Positions 40,611-51,088 of a DNA stretch of 64,000 nucleotides are shown one piece after another. This DNA comes from Candidatus Babeliales bacterium (GTDB lineage Bacteria > Babelota > Babeliae > Babelales > Vermiphilaceae). Positions within the stretch are counted from its first letter, which is position 1; each line of letters opens with the position of its first letter. The stretch spans positions 416,001 to 480,000 of the forward strand of contig CAVUQO010000002.1 of assembly GCA_963743635.1 (NCBI GenBank). The letters run 5' to 3'. Both the position numbers and the translations under genes were made by a program. The notes below the pieces were generated by a model. It was given only the letters and a program-made list of their open reading frames with translations, did no database searches and was not told where the DNA came from.

Positions 40611-40686
40611 TCCTCGGTAGCTCAGTTGGTAGAGCACACGACTGTTAATCGTTAGGTCGCAGGTTCGAGTCCTGCCCGGGGAGCCA
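40611..40686 (+). tRNA. tRNA-Asn(GTT)
   Basis: TCCTCGG acceptor, ACGA-CTGTTAA-TCGT, GGTTCGAGTCC, GCCA end. Confidence 0.95.
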
Positions 40687-40865
40687 GTCATTTTAGTCCG
40701 CTTCGAATAAAGCTCTGTGCTTACGAGGATTGGCAAAATGACTGGCAGGCCAGTTCCTTCAATGGAATGGTGATTTAAATTAAGAAACATGATACACTCT
40801 ATCCCATGAGTGTTAGAATTGAAAAAAAATAAAATCACGCCGAAGTCCTAAGGACGAAGGGGATG

Positions 40866-40942
40866 GGGGCTGTAGCTCAGTTGGTTAGAGCGTCCGCCTG
40901 TCACGCGGAAGGTCGTGGGTTCGAGTCCCATCAGCCCCGCCA
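40866..40942 (+). tRNA. tRNA-Asp(GTC)
   Basis: GGGGCTG acceptor, TCCGC-CTGTCAC-GCGGA, GGTTCGAGTCC, GCCA end. Confidence 0.95.
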
Positions 40943-42401
40943 TCGTTACGATCCGAACAATTTAGGATCAAATCAAATGGCTTTTGTACGTCCCAGAGCA
41001 GGTTTTCATCTTCAAGCTCAAGTTCGAAGTACAAGCTTAATTAATTGCCGTTTTTCCTCAACTTCAGAACTCATCAAATAAATCATATGCTCGGTTAACA
41101 AGATCCAGAACATATTTTGCAGTGATATAATAGTTATCTTCTGCTTCTTGTAATTGCTCAAGACGAGATACTAATATCGGTCACTTGATCGCGTAAATGA
41201 TGTGTAAAATTTGTCATACTCGCTCATCAGTAATTCTCCCTTTGAGTTTATCAAGATAGAGATTATCCATCATTTTGGTGGTCGTTTTTTGTTCGGAAGT
41301 GAGCTTATCAAATTCTTTATTATGAAATTCAATTTTATCTTCATGCAACTGCATTGAGCGTTTCAATAATGCTTCAGAATACTTCTTTGGCATTTGAAGT
41401 TTTTAAATACTTCGCCTCAATTGTTCGGTAATCTCTTCTTCTCGCAACCATTTTGCCCCATGCTTGCCATTATATTGGGTGCAATGATAATAGACATGCC
41501 CTTTGTGCTTCTCAGGCGTTATAGATAATCCACATTCGTCACAACGAATAAGTCCGCGATAAATATAGGGATAGCCCGCATATTTAAATGGCTTTTTTTT
41601 AAATCCTTCCTTAATCTGTTGCACTTGATCAAAAAGTGCCTTGGTAATAATAGTTGGATAGCGATGGGGATATAATTTGCCTTTACGATCATCATTCCAT
41701 AAAAGAAATGGTTTTGTAAGCACTCTTCCCAATATAGCCTTTGGCCCATGCAAGCCCATAATCTTTTTTAACTTTCTTGCATAACAAATCCATTGAATAA
41801 GCGCCAGTGGCATAAAGTTCAAAAGCGTTTTACTACAATATGTGCTTCATATTCATCAACAATGATATCGGTATTGCCATCTGTTTTAGATTGATATTTT
41901 TATAACCATAAGGTGCCTTAGATGGCCATTCTCCTTTGCGTAGCTTTTGTTCTATGCGCTCGTTTTACATTATCACTAATAGCATCGGAATAATATTTGC
42001 CAAGTCCAAGGCTGATACTGAATTGGAATTTTTCTACTGCAGAAATTCGGCTGTTAATAATTTGACCATCAGATACAAAATGTAATTCTATTTCATCGTT
42101 AATGCTTTTTCATAAAGAACTGAGATGCGCTTATCAAATACATTTCGTGAAAGCCGATCAACTTTATCACAGCATACAGCAACTTTTCTTTCTGTTCAAG
42201 AATAAAATCGATAATACGATCAAATCTCGATCGATCATTGGTATAGGCGCTTTCATCAAAGCTACAGATTTGTAAAATTTCAAAGCCTTTGTTTTGACAG
42301 TATCTTTCAAGGCGTGCTACTTGTGCAGGTAGTGAATTGCCTGCTTCTCTTTGTTCTTCTGTGCTGACTCGTGCGATAGAATTGCTTTCATGCTGTTCCA
42401 T
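40931..42401 (-). pseudogene. Large serine recombinase with multiple frameshifts
   Basis: ARVSTEEQ..SL.AQ catalytic motif, DESA, YRGLIRCDECG..YYHC Zn ribbon, C-terminal EEKRQLIKLVL..KPFDLIL. Confidence 0.85.
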
Positions 42402-42604
42402 ATTGTTAAGGAAGTCTAAAAATGGTTACGAACCATTAGTGTAGCATGAAGGTGAATGAGTTTCTACTTAGTGATAAGGATATTAAACGATCTCTCCGTC
42501 AAAGGTGATTCGTCTTTGATATTGAAGAAGATTTACGATGAGCAAGAAGGGTGATCTTTTTTATGCAAACTCTAATGTGCAGTGAAAAAGATAAGGTGCT
42601 TCGC

Positions 42605-43725
42605 TTATAATGGCGCCTGCTTGCCGATCAAAAGATCCACAACTTCTTTGTTGTCTATACCGGTCGATGCAATTACTTTGGTATAAGAACGGGGTGTTTG
42701 GTGATTGTTATTAGATCCATGTTTTCGACTTAGATTTGCGCCTGCAAATATTTAACGGCATCGAGCTTATTGTGCTGAATAGCTATAGATAGTGGGGTCC
42801 AAATATCTCCGCCATTATAGATCAGTTGGCTTGGATTTGCGCCATTTTTCATAAGTAATTCAAGCGTTTTAACAGAATAGAAGCGACTGCATATTGCAGA
42901 TATCCAAGCACTTTTGACTGATGTACTAGTCGTAGTATAACTGCTTGAGTTGATATCGTATCCACGATTAATAAGCTCTTGTAGAAACTCAAATATTTCG
43001 TCTTCTATTCCATAAGGATCAATTTTAAGAGCGCATTCAAACATGTGGGAACCATGTTTTAAAGTATCTACGGCCTTACTATGTTTGAGTAAAAGAAGCG
43101 CAGTTTTAATATCACCTTTAGCAAGGGCATAGGCGATAGGATTAGAGGCCAGTTTCTGTAATTCTGCAACTGGTCTTCCTATCTTAGTCGTTGAAGCGCC
43201 GCATTCTAACAAAGCTTGAGTAGCCTTGGATTTGGTAAGAGATACAGCCCATCCTAAAGGGGATAAGCCTTCTTTGAACTGATTTTCATCGTTAATATCT
43301 GCTCCTGCCTGAATGGCCATTTTAATTTCATCAGGAGAATCATTGAGGATAGCGCGATATAACATATTTTTTGGGCATGGCATGATCGCGCCACAGCGCT
43401 TTAATACTTCTGCTGAGTTTAGTTTTTTTAGATCGATCGCCCATTTAAGTGGCGCTTTTCCATCCCTAAAAAGATTAACATCTGCACCAGCCCTAATAAC
43501 TTCCATAATTTCTTGAGTTGAGTTGGTCAGTATAGCTTCATAAAGCAAGTCTTGTAGTTCTTGTTGCGATTTGATTGGTGTTATTTGCGTATCAGCACGG
43601 CTGTATATTGGAAGTTCATAATCAACACGTAATGGTAGCTTGGTATTGTTTATGACGCGCATTGTTTCATTTGCATGAACTGCATTGGGTAACAAAATGC
43701 TTAAGGAAAGCATGTAGAATTTCAT
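42605..43725 (-). CDS. Secreted ankyrin-repeat protein, C-terminus probably frameshifted near 42750
   Basis: AGADVN..GKAPLKWAI, AGADIN..SPLGWAV, NGANP..TPLSIAI; AGANLS..VVDLLI continues in another frame. Confidence 0.8.
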
Positions 43726-43763
43726 TGTATAACCTCCATGGAAATCAACGTGTGCATTAATTT

Positions 43764-44159
43764 TTAGCGAGCTCCAAGCCCTAATAGGCAATTGATAGCA
43801 TTGTATCGTTTATAGAGAGCAGATATTGCAAGCGGCGATTTGCCATCAATGTTTTGATTTACGTTAGCGCCAGCAGAGACTGCGTTGACGATATCAGTTA
43901 CAGAATCATTGATGATAGCTGTATAAAGCATATCTTGCGGAGATGGTAGCTTGGTTACCACTGAAATAATAACAGATCGGGCATATGCCGGAACTGAATG
44001 GTCAACTCTAAGAGCTTGTGCAGGGTTGTTAGCGGTATAGTGCATAGCTTGGTGGGTATTGTTAGTAACATCAATAGTTTGAGTTGATGTATCTGCGATA
44101 ACTTGAAGTGTGCATAGCGACGCCAATAGGCCATATGCGAAGAATTGGGTGTTTTTCAT
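43764..44159 (-). CDS. Short secreted ankyrin-repeat protein, paralog of the 43725 N-terminus
   Basis: NNT..LRVD..P.Y.R and QDMLY.AI..S..AGA.VN..GK.PL shared. Confidence 0.78.
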   Translation of the reverse strand: MKNTQFFAYGLLASLCTLQVIADTSTQTIDVTNNTHQAMHYTANNPAQALRVDHSVPAYARSVIISVVTKLPSPQDMLYTAIINDSVTDIVNAVSAGANVNQNIDGKSPLAISALYKRYNAINCLLGLGAR

Positions 44160-44379
44160 GGGTTGTATCCCTAAATAATGTGGGGTTTGGTAATATAATA
44201 CACTTTTAAACATATCAAATTGGGTTTATCTGGTCAACGACTAAAGCCTTTTATATAAGCATAATTACTTAAACTGGATTCAGATTGAAAATAGAGAATC
44301 ATGAAGATGGTCCCATAAATACAAGAGCGACTGGGCCATCTTCATTGAAACACGTAGAATCGGTATTGCTTAGCGATAC

Positions 44380-44673
44380 TTACTTCCAATTCTTTTCAAG
44401 ATCAGATAGAAGACGTAAGGACGTTGGCGTATTAAGCGTTTTCAAATAGCTTGAAGTCTGATCCCTTAATTTTTTACCATAAACACCGCTATTCCAGCAT
44501 TGAATTTGCATGAGGGCTATTTGAAGGACTAAGGCATTATATTCACCACAATTTACTTGAGGTGATGCAGGTAGACTGTAAAAGGTTAATGATGTTGGGT
44601 CGTATTTTATATCAGCAGAAACGTATGACTGTGACAGGGATAAAATGGCACCAAGTAATAATAGTTTTTTCAT
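44380..44673 (-). CDS. Small secreted protein (YDP..YSLP family)
   Basis: YDPT..YSLP.S.QVN..EYN.L..YLK.L.TPT.LRLL.DL.K shared with 34928-35266. Confidence 0.8.
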   Translation of the reverse strand: MKKLLLLGAILSLSQSYVSADIKYDPTSLTFYSLPASPQVNCGEYNALVLQIALMQIQCWNSGVYGKKLRDQTSSYLKTLNTPTSLRLLSDLEKNWK

Positions 44674-44696
44674 TATAATTCCTCTAATTTCTAAAA

Positions 44697-45095
44697 TTAT
44701 GTAAGTTTTTCAAGACCTAAATCAGCACTTTTTCCCCATCTGAGGACATGATTGTTTTGGAATTCTACAAAATAGTTATCATAGCTATATTTAGGATCCA
44801 TGAATGGAAGCGCAAAGAGACCGGGCCAGAAAAATATTGTTGATATAACGGTTACGGTTGTCCTTTTGCTTCTTTGGTTTTCATCAACTGTAGCAAGCTT
44901 ATATTCCCATATCTCAACTTCTTGTCCGTACGCGTTTTTTGTTTTGCTAGTCTCAGTAGGTTCGCCCATCTTCAACTTGATGTCGTGCTTATGCATACCC
45001 TTTGAGATAGTAGACAGCAATTGCTTCTTTTTGACGCCACAGCCACCTAATAATAGGACGGCCGATAACAATAATAATAGTTTTGAATTTTTCAT
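44697..45095 (-). CDS. Lipoprotein with SmpA/BamE-like domain
   Basis: Lipobox LGGC; ISKGM.K..MGEP..GQEVEIWEY..F.NN..WGK; paralog of 35297-35686. Confidence 0.75.
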   Translation of the reverse strand: MKNSKLLLLLSAVLLLGGCGVKKKQLLSTISKGMHKHDIKLKMGEPTETSKTKNAYGQEVEIWEYKLATVDENQRSKRTTVTVISTIFFWPGLFALPFMDPKYSYDNYFVEFQNNHVLRWGKSADLGLEKLT

Positions 45096-45249
45096 GATTA
45101 ATCCCTTAACCCTAAATATTGATTCTTATACCTTCGTTTACTATACGTCTTGCATCGCTCTAAAGTCCGTGCTCAAGTGTATTGATGCTGGATCAGCCAG
45201 TCTTTGCAGGTACTGCTGAACAGCTTCCTTACACCCGAAATAGCTAAAA

Positions 45250-45657
45250 TTACCCGGCTTTCTCAAACATTTCTTTATAAATTTGATACGAGACTGGCGT
45301 TCCAAGCTGCCTTAGATACTGAATAATAGCATTTTCGCAATTAGATCGAGCCTCATTGAGTGCTAGCGCTTCTCCACTAGATCTGCCGCCTCCACAGCCC
45401 ATAGCAGTAAATTGCTCCCGTATTGCAGATTCTTGGCGTGCAGCTTGCATACTCATATTGTTTATAACTGACATAATGCGATCTCGTTCAGTTTGTTGAG
45501 GCCAATTATCGCTTAAAACCTTGCCTTGCTGTTTAGTTGGCTCTTGTTTAGTTGGTTGATTTCTTCTGGCTGCAGAATTTTGTCGCTGCTTTTTAGGTCT
45601 TGGAGCCGGTACTAAAGTCGTACAAGCTAATAAGAGAATGATCATTAATTTTTTCAT
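45250..45657 (-). CDS. Small secreted protein with YLRQLGTP C-terminal motif
   Basis: Signal peptide, basic PRPKKQR segment; AAGGA RBS. Confidence 0.7.
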   Translation of the reverse strand: MKKLMIILLLACTTLVPAPRPKKQRQNSAARRNQPTKQEPTKQQGKVLSDNWPQQTERDRIMSVINNMSMQAARQESAIREQFTAMGCGGGRSSGEALALNEARSNCENAIIQYLRQLGTPVSYQIYKEMFEKAG

Positions 45658-45879
45658 ATCTGGTCCTTTGGTTAAAATATCTGCTTGGTCTTATTATAAC
45701 ATAGAGTCACAATTTGATCAACGCGGAAAGCCTTTATCTAACGCAATAAGTATGTAATTGTTTCTATATGAATACTATCGGTGTGATGATTGAGAACTTG
45801 GAACCAATAAAATTACTTATATAAATCATCAGCCTTAGTGCTATAATATGCCTATCTATTTCGATAAAGGAGGGAGCCT

Positions 45880-46554
45880 ATGACTCACTGGGGATGGTAT
45901 TGGAAAGTAAAAAAGAAGCATTGTGCGAGAAAGATCTGCTCGAACCTACTCTCTATAGACGCCTTTAAGTTATACAAGGGCAATACCATGACTGGTTTCG
46001 GAGTCAGTCCATTGGATATCCGCGCCGATGCCAGGCCAGATCATCTAAAAATCACCTACCGAAAACGAAAAGAACATTCTTATACAATCCCTATCGACAA
46101 ACTCCCGTGTAACTATGGCGGGTTTAGATACTTCTTTAAGTGTCCGTTGTGCGAGAAGCGCATGCGGTTTTTATATTTTGCCGAGCAAAGCCTATTCATC
46201 TGCCGAGGATGCTTGAATCTTGGATACAATTCTCAGCGTCTTAGACCAACAAAACGCTATGACTACATGAGCGAGAAGGTTAAAAAACTGGTCCAAAGCA
46301 AAGGCGGGGATCTGAAGGGCTATAAAAAGCCGTCACGCATGCATAAGGAAACGTATGATATGTTACGCAGCAAGGAGTTCTATTATGAAAGCAAGTCGCA
46401 CCAAGCGCTGAATACCGAGTTGCGGCAATGGTTTGGTGCAAAGGCTGAACCATACTTGGACGAGTTCTTTGATTATGCTGATGAAACCAAGAAGTGGCGC
46501 AAGCAACGCCGTAGTTCTACAGGCGATTTTCAACCAAATCCTGCATCAACGTGA
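45880..46554 (+). CDS. Cys4 zinc-finger hypothetical protein typical of integrative elements
   Basis: GG.RYFFKCPLC..LY..FICRGCLNLGY.SQ, KP.RMH..Y; GGAG RBS. Confidence 0.7.
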   Translation: MTHWGWYWKVKKKHCARKICSNLLSIDAFKLYKGNTMTGFGVSPLDIRADARPDHLKITYRKRKEHSYTIPIDKLPCNYGGFRYFFKCPLCEKRMRFLYFAEQSLFICRGCLNLGYNSQRLRPTKRYDYMSEKVKKLVQSKGGDLKGYKKPSRMHKETYDMLRSKEFYYESKSHQALNTELRQWFGAKAEPYLDEFFDYADETKKWRKQRRSSTGDFQPNPAST

Positions 46555-48073
46555 GACCTTTTTGTAATTCACCTGTTTTTGCTCTCGGTGAGTCCGATCC
46601 AAGAGCGATCTCATTTTCTAAGTTCTTGTAGTATTGAATAGTTCGTGAGCGGCTACTGATGAAGTTAAGTGCCCATATCATAAGTATCTTATCCGGTGAT
46701 GTACTCCATCCACGCGTTAAAATCCATGTGCGCACATTAAGTCCTAACGTGATTGCTTCCCCTACATCTTTACCATATGGTGCAGGGTAAGGAAGTGCGT
46801 GAGGGTATAGTTTTCTCCATTTTTCCCACATTGCCGTGCCTCCTTCATCAGCATCATGACAAATTAAAAGAGTTTTTCTTTGCGCAAGGTAATCGGTAAC
46901 ATTATCGGGATTTTTGATATTGCTGCCTATTGCTACAATACACGCAAAGTCACTTGTTGCATTGTGTATGGCATATGCATCCAGTTCAGATTCAACGATA
47001 ATCATGAGTGCTCTTTCTGTATTACCTACAAGCGTAAGGCCTCCCATGCTGCCGGGCACAGCTATATACTTTCCCATAGTATCAGTAGGTTTCCATGATG
47101 TTCGTCTTATTTTTATGCGCAGAACGTTTCCAGTAAAATCTAGGGATGGGATAACAATGCCCGCAGGAATCCATAGTTTATTGCTGTTGCTATCTTTGGT
47201 GTCGATCGCCCATTCTGACTTGGTGCGATTAATATCCATAGGATTCCATCCTATTTTGTGTGTCCTTATCACTTCAGATGATATGCCACGCGCATCAAGC
47301 GTTTTCAGTATTTCTCCTTGATGCCAGATGTTTTTATGTGCCCATTCGACAAAGGCATTCGCTTTCGTTGTCCACATTTCAGGCGATTGAAATATCCGCA
47401 TTGGTTTGGAGGAAGGTTTTGTTGATGTCCTTAAAAAATTGTTTTTCTCGGTGAGTATAGCGCTAACCTGCTTGGCTGCATCATTGAAGTCCATGCCCTT
47501 GAAGTCCATGGCGAACTGAATTGCATCACCGCTTGTGTTGCATTGACGACAGGAATAATACCCTACGCAATTCTTCATTTGTTTATGCGGTTGCATAAAG
47601 AAGCGATCTTTGCCGCCGCACTTGGGGCACGCAGATTTATATTCTCCACCTCCCGCTGCAATACTCAATGATAGTTGAGTCAGTTTTGTCCATGCATTTA
47701 ATTCACCGTTGTGATTCTCTTTTGCATGAATCAGTTCATGGGCAAGCGTTTTAGTATTCGATGCGGTAAGTCCTTGGTGGGTTAGGCCATGCATCTTATT
47801 TTCATCAAGTCTGATTATGGCAAAATGGAAAAACGGAAAGCCGATGGTTTTTGCAGTAGCCAGCTGATTACCCGGCAGTGTGCTGTTAATGCAAATAACC
47901 GGAACGAAATTTTCCGTATGCTTCTTCATATGATCAATTTCTTTACGATATTCTTCGCAAGCCCGCATACTTTTTGGCAGGACGCTTGAAATCCAGCTAT
48001 CCAAACCTGCATTCAGGTAAGATGCGTTGAAAAGTAAGCTGAGCGCAATACCAGGTATAATATGTTTTTTCAT
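46517..48073 (-). CDS. Chimeric ORF: signal peptide + HExxH segment fused to primase Zn ribbon + TOPRIM
   Basis: LAHELIH; CPKCGGKDRF..CRQC..GDAIQF; IVESELDA..DADEGG..KDVGE. Confidence 0.7.
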   Translation of the reverse strand: MKKHIIPGIALSLLFNASYLNAGLDSWISSVLPKSMRACEEYRKEIDHMKKHTENFVPVICINSTLPGNQLATAKTIGFPFFHFAIIRLDENKMHGLTHQGLTASNTKTLAHELIHAKENHNGELNAWTKLTQLSLSIAAGGGEYKSACPKCGGKDRFFMQPHKQMKNCVGYYSCRQCNTSGDAIQFAMDFKGMDFNDAAKQVSAILTEKNNFLRTSTKPSSKPMRIFQSPEMWTTKANAFVEWAHKNIWHQGEILKTLDARGISSEVIRTHKIGWNPMDINRTKSEWAIDTKDSNSNKLWIPAGIVIPSLDFTGNVLRIKIRRTSWKPTDTMGKYIAVPGSMGGLTLVGNTERALMIIVESELDAYAIHNATSDFACIVAIGSNIKNPDNVTDYLAQRKTLLICHDADEGGTAMWEKWRKLYPHALPYPAPYGKDVGEAITLGLNVRTWILTRGWSTSPDKILMIWALNFISSRSRTIQYYKNLENEIALGSDSPRAKTGELQKGLTLMQDLVENRL

Positions 48074-48375
48074 GGTTTTTTCCCCTAAATTGTCCCCTAT
48101 AAAGGTATAATAATAGAGTATCTGAAAAGCCATGACATGTAAAAAGGGGGGGCGTTGAAATAGCTAAAAAGGCTTCTTTACGGCCTGAACTGCTTGATCC
48201 AATATGGCATAGCATGATCCTGCTTGCGTGATGATCCATCGGGTTGGATAGTGTTCCAAGGAAATCGCCTAGGCTTTTGCGTATCTTTATGACATTGACT
48301 ATACTTGCATTATGATCTTTTCCTATAGAGACTGTCCTTATAGAATTTCATAGTTTTTAATAAGGTTATCCATTT

Positions 48376-49179
48376 ATGAAAGAGTTTGATATGCAAAAAA
48401 TAATGCTTATAGTCCTTATAGGATTGAGTATTGTAGTACTATGGATGAGAGATAAGACAGGCTTGCAGATTACTGTTCAGAATGCCGGAACAAAAGGCGA
48501 CATAGTTGTTATTACAGGGGTAACTAAGGGACTTGGCAAAGCGCTTGCAAAACAATTTATACAGCAAGGGTGGCGAGTGGCAGGATGTGGTACCTCCGCT
48601 AAAGCGATAGCCGGTTTACAAAAAGAATATGATAAGGACCATGCTTTTTCCGTTGTAGATGTAACTGATAATAACGCAGTTAAAAAGTGGGCTCATCAGG
48701 TTGAGGCTACGCTAGGAGCGCCTACTATTCTTATTAACAATGCAGGAATTATCAATAATCTTGCTCCATTATGGAAAATCCCATCTTCAGAATTTAACAA
48801 TGTTATGGCTATCAATGTGAACGGAGTATTTAATGTACTTCAACATTTCATTCCGATTATGTTGCAGGCTAAAAAAGGACTTATTATTAATATAAGTTCT
48901 AATGGCGGCAAAAAAGGAGAAGCTGAGTTTGCTCCCTATTGTGCATCAAAATTTGCAATCGAAGGGTTAACGCAATCATTAGCTCAGGAGCTTCCAGAAG
49001 GACTTACGGTAGTTTCAGTAGATCCTGGCGGGGGGATTAATACTGATATGTTAAAACAGATTTATCCAGAAAATGCTGCTGATTATCCTAATCCTGATGT
49101 ATGGGCAAAAAAAGCTGTACCGTATTTGATGTCTATAAGCGCTCAAGATAATGGTAAATCATTAATAATTCCTGACTAA
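48376..49179 (+). CDS. Short-chain dehydrogenase/reductase
   Basis: ITGVTKGLG, NNAG, NISS, YCASK. Confidence 0.92.
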   Translation: MKEFDMQKIMLIVLIGLSIVVLWMRDKTGLQITVQNAGTKGDIVVITGVTKGLGKALAKQFIQQGWRVAGCGTSAKAIAGLQKEYDKDHAFSVVDVTDNNAVKKWAHQVEATLGAPTILINNAGIINNLAPLWKIPSSEFNNVMAINVNGVFNVLQHFIPIMLQAKKGLIINISSNGGKKGEAEFAPYCASKFAIEGLTQSLAQELPEGLTVVSVDPGGGINTDMLKQIYPENAADYPNPDVWAKKAVPYLMSISAQDNGKSLIIPD

Positions 49180-49759
49180 ATTGTTCTGGTGCTGTCAACT
49201 AACATCGTAAATTGATCATAATCCAACATCACTTGACCATTTGAGCTCTCAAGCACTTTATAACTTTCTGGAGTGTATGGCGGCGTATTGATTACGCCGA
49301 TGACATACTCGTGATCTGGAATGGTAAAATGCGCTTTGTTTGGAGGAATGATTACTACATCTCCAGTCTTTACCTGCTGCACATGCCCTGCAACTACTAC
49401 CGCCGCTGAACCTTGCAACACAAAATATATTTCAATGCACTCATCAGGATGATAATGGGGTTCAGCAAAAAATAGTGCCGCATGTCCACAATTGCAAGTC
49501 CTTCATTGGGACGATTAAGCATGTTAGGAAGTTCATACACAATGCCGCAGGGTGATGATATCGGCGCATAGCCTTGTATTAAATCTTGCCACTGCTCATG
49601 AGCATTAAAGAATGCTTGCCACTTGGCCACAAGCTCATCAATGTAGTGTTGTTTTTTGGTATCAATCATAGGATTTATATCCTTTGTAGTATGAAATGAT
49701 TGGGCAAGCGCTATCATGCAAAACACGCTTGTGCAGGTGATAAAAAGATACTTGTTCAT
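49176..49759 (-). CDS. Cupin-domain protein with signal peptide, frameshifted near 49470
   Basis: EPHYHP..EIYFVLQG in the shifted frame; GDVVIIPPNKAH. Confidence 0.75.
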
Positions 49760-49886
49760 TGTTTCAGTACGGTTATATAGTATTCGTGAGCTGTATTTTT
49801 TTCTATGAGGTACAATTTTGTGTAAGCATGAATGCTCCTAAAGTCATTTTGAGACCAGGTTTTTCTTATTTTATTCTTTCCATTCA

Positions 49887-51044
49887 TTAGCCGATGCTAG
49901 AATCATCAGAATCATCGTCATCATCCCGAGCATCCTGAGCTTGACGAAGGACAGGATGAGGGTCAATAGGATGTATCTTTGGTAATGTCTCTGCGCGGCA
50001 TATTGGGCATTTTTTGTGCCCGGCATGTATTGATCTCAAAATGCAGTGTTCATGCAATACATGGAGGCAATCAAGCAATTCCGGATATCTTTGTCTAATA
50101 ACTCAAGACAAACAGTGCAATCGTTCGTTTTTGATTCAGTAATTTTGGCAGCGCGTTTTCTTGCATAGCAGTTCTCAAGATCGTGGCAAGAGTAGTAGTT
50201 GGGATTTACCTTTAAAAGGGAAGTTGCCGCATCTATCGACAGCCTTGCATACGATGTCTAAAGCTGTTTGATTGGAAAAATATTCGTTAGATGAATCTAT
50301 AGTGAAAGTTGGCTCCATACTTTTTAAGAACGGCTATTTTTTCATGCGCAGCGATGAGATCATTAGGATATTGCAGTATCTTTTCGCCCAACACAATAAG
50401 AGGAGTTTGTCCTTGCTTAACTTTATGAATTGCAGCTGGATCTTTATCGAGATGAATAATCCAAAATGTTCGCAGGGAAACGAGGATGGCAAACGCGATG
50501 TATCTGCGTACAAGAATCATTCTCTAGATCTTTTATAGATACAGAGCCCTTTTCTATTAATAATTTGGCTATCTCTAATGATTTTGCGATACGCAAGGGA
50601 GCTATACCATAAATGGGATTCGAGACAACATCAATTCCATGCGTTTTTTTGATACTATCGCGATTCTGGATAAGAAGCTGCCAGATGAACACATCATTTT
50701 TTTCCATTGCAGCACAGGCGATCTTATGATCATATTCGCCACATAATAGTGCGTGAGCAGTTTTATGACGGGTTTTAAGGTAAGTGTCCTCATACCTCCA
50801 ATAATCTTCTCGTTTGATTTGGAGAATAAAATCTTTGGCATCTCGGCGATCTGCATGCGTTAATGATGTGGGTACGTTCAGTGCACCAAACCTATAAGGA
50901 TTTTCTCCCGCATCTAAGGCCAATGCTTCAGACTCGCCGCAATGCCAACTCTTTTGCATCTGAACCATTACGCACATCCATTGCCTGCATAGTCGTATTT
51001 ATGAATAGACCAGCACACAGTATAGTTATTGGTAGTTTTAGCAT
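49887..51044 (-). CDS. Secreted protein with ankyrin-like middle and C-terminal RING-H2 finger, frameshifted
   Basis: MLKLPITILCAGLFINTTMQA|MDV; GIAPLRIA..IAKLLIEKG; DCTVCLE...CLHVLHEHC..CPICR; acidic tail. Confidence 0.7.
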
Positions 51045-51088
51045 TCGTGATTCCTTTTATTTAAGGCTTTGGTGCCATTGTTTTTTAG

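Larger units (their letters stand above)
40943..48100. mobile_element. Putative integrative island at tRNA-Asp (right boundary uncertain)
   Basis: Recombinase adjacent to tRNA, primase-like gene and Zn-finger accessory gene at the far end, AT-rich cargo. Confidence 0.55.

Noticed and set aside
40461..41081. ORFs 40461-40838(-) and 40863-41081(+)
   Set aside because: They overlap tRNA-Asn and tRNA-Asp; shadow ORFs.
40943..48100. Prophage
   Set aside because: No structural, terminase or lysis genes; only a recombinase, a primase fragment and cargo.
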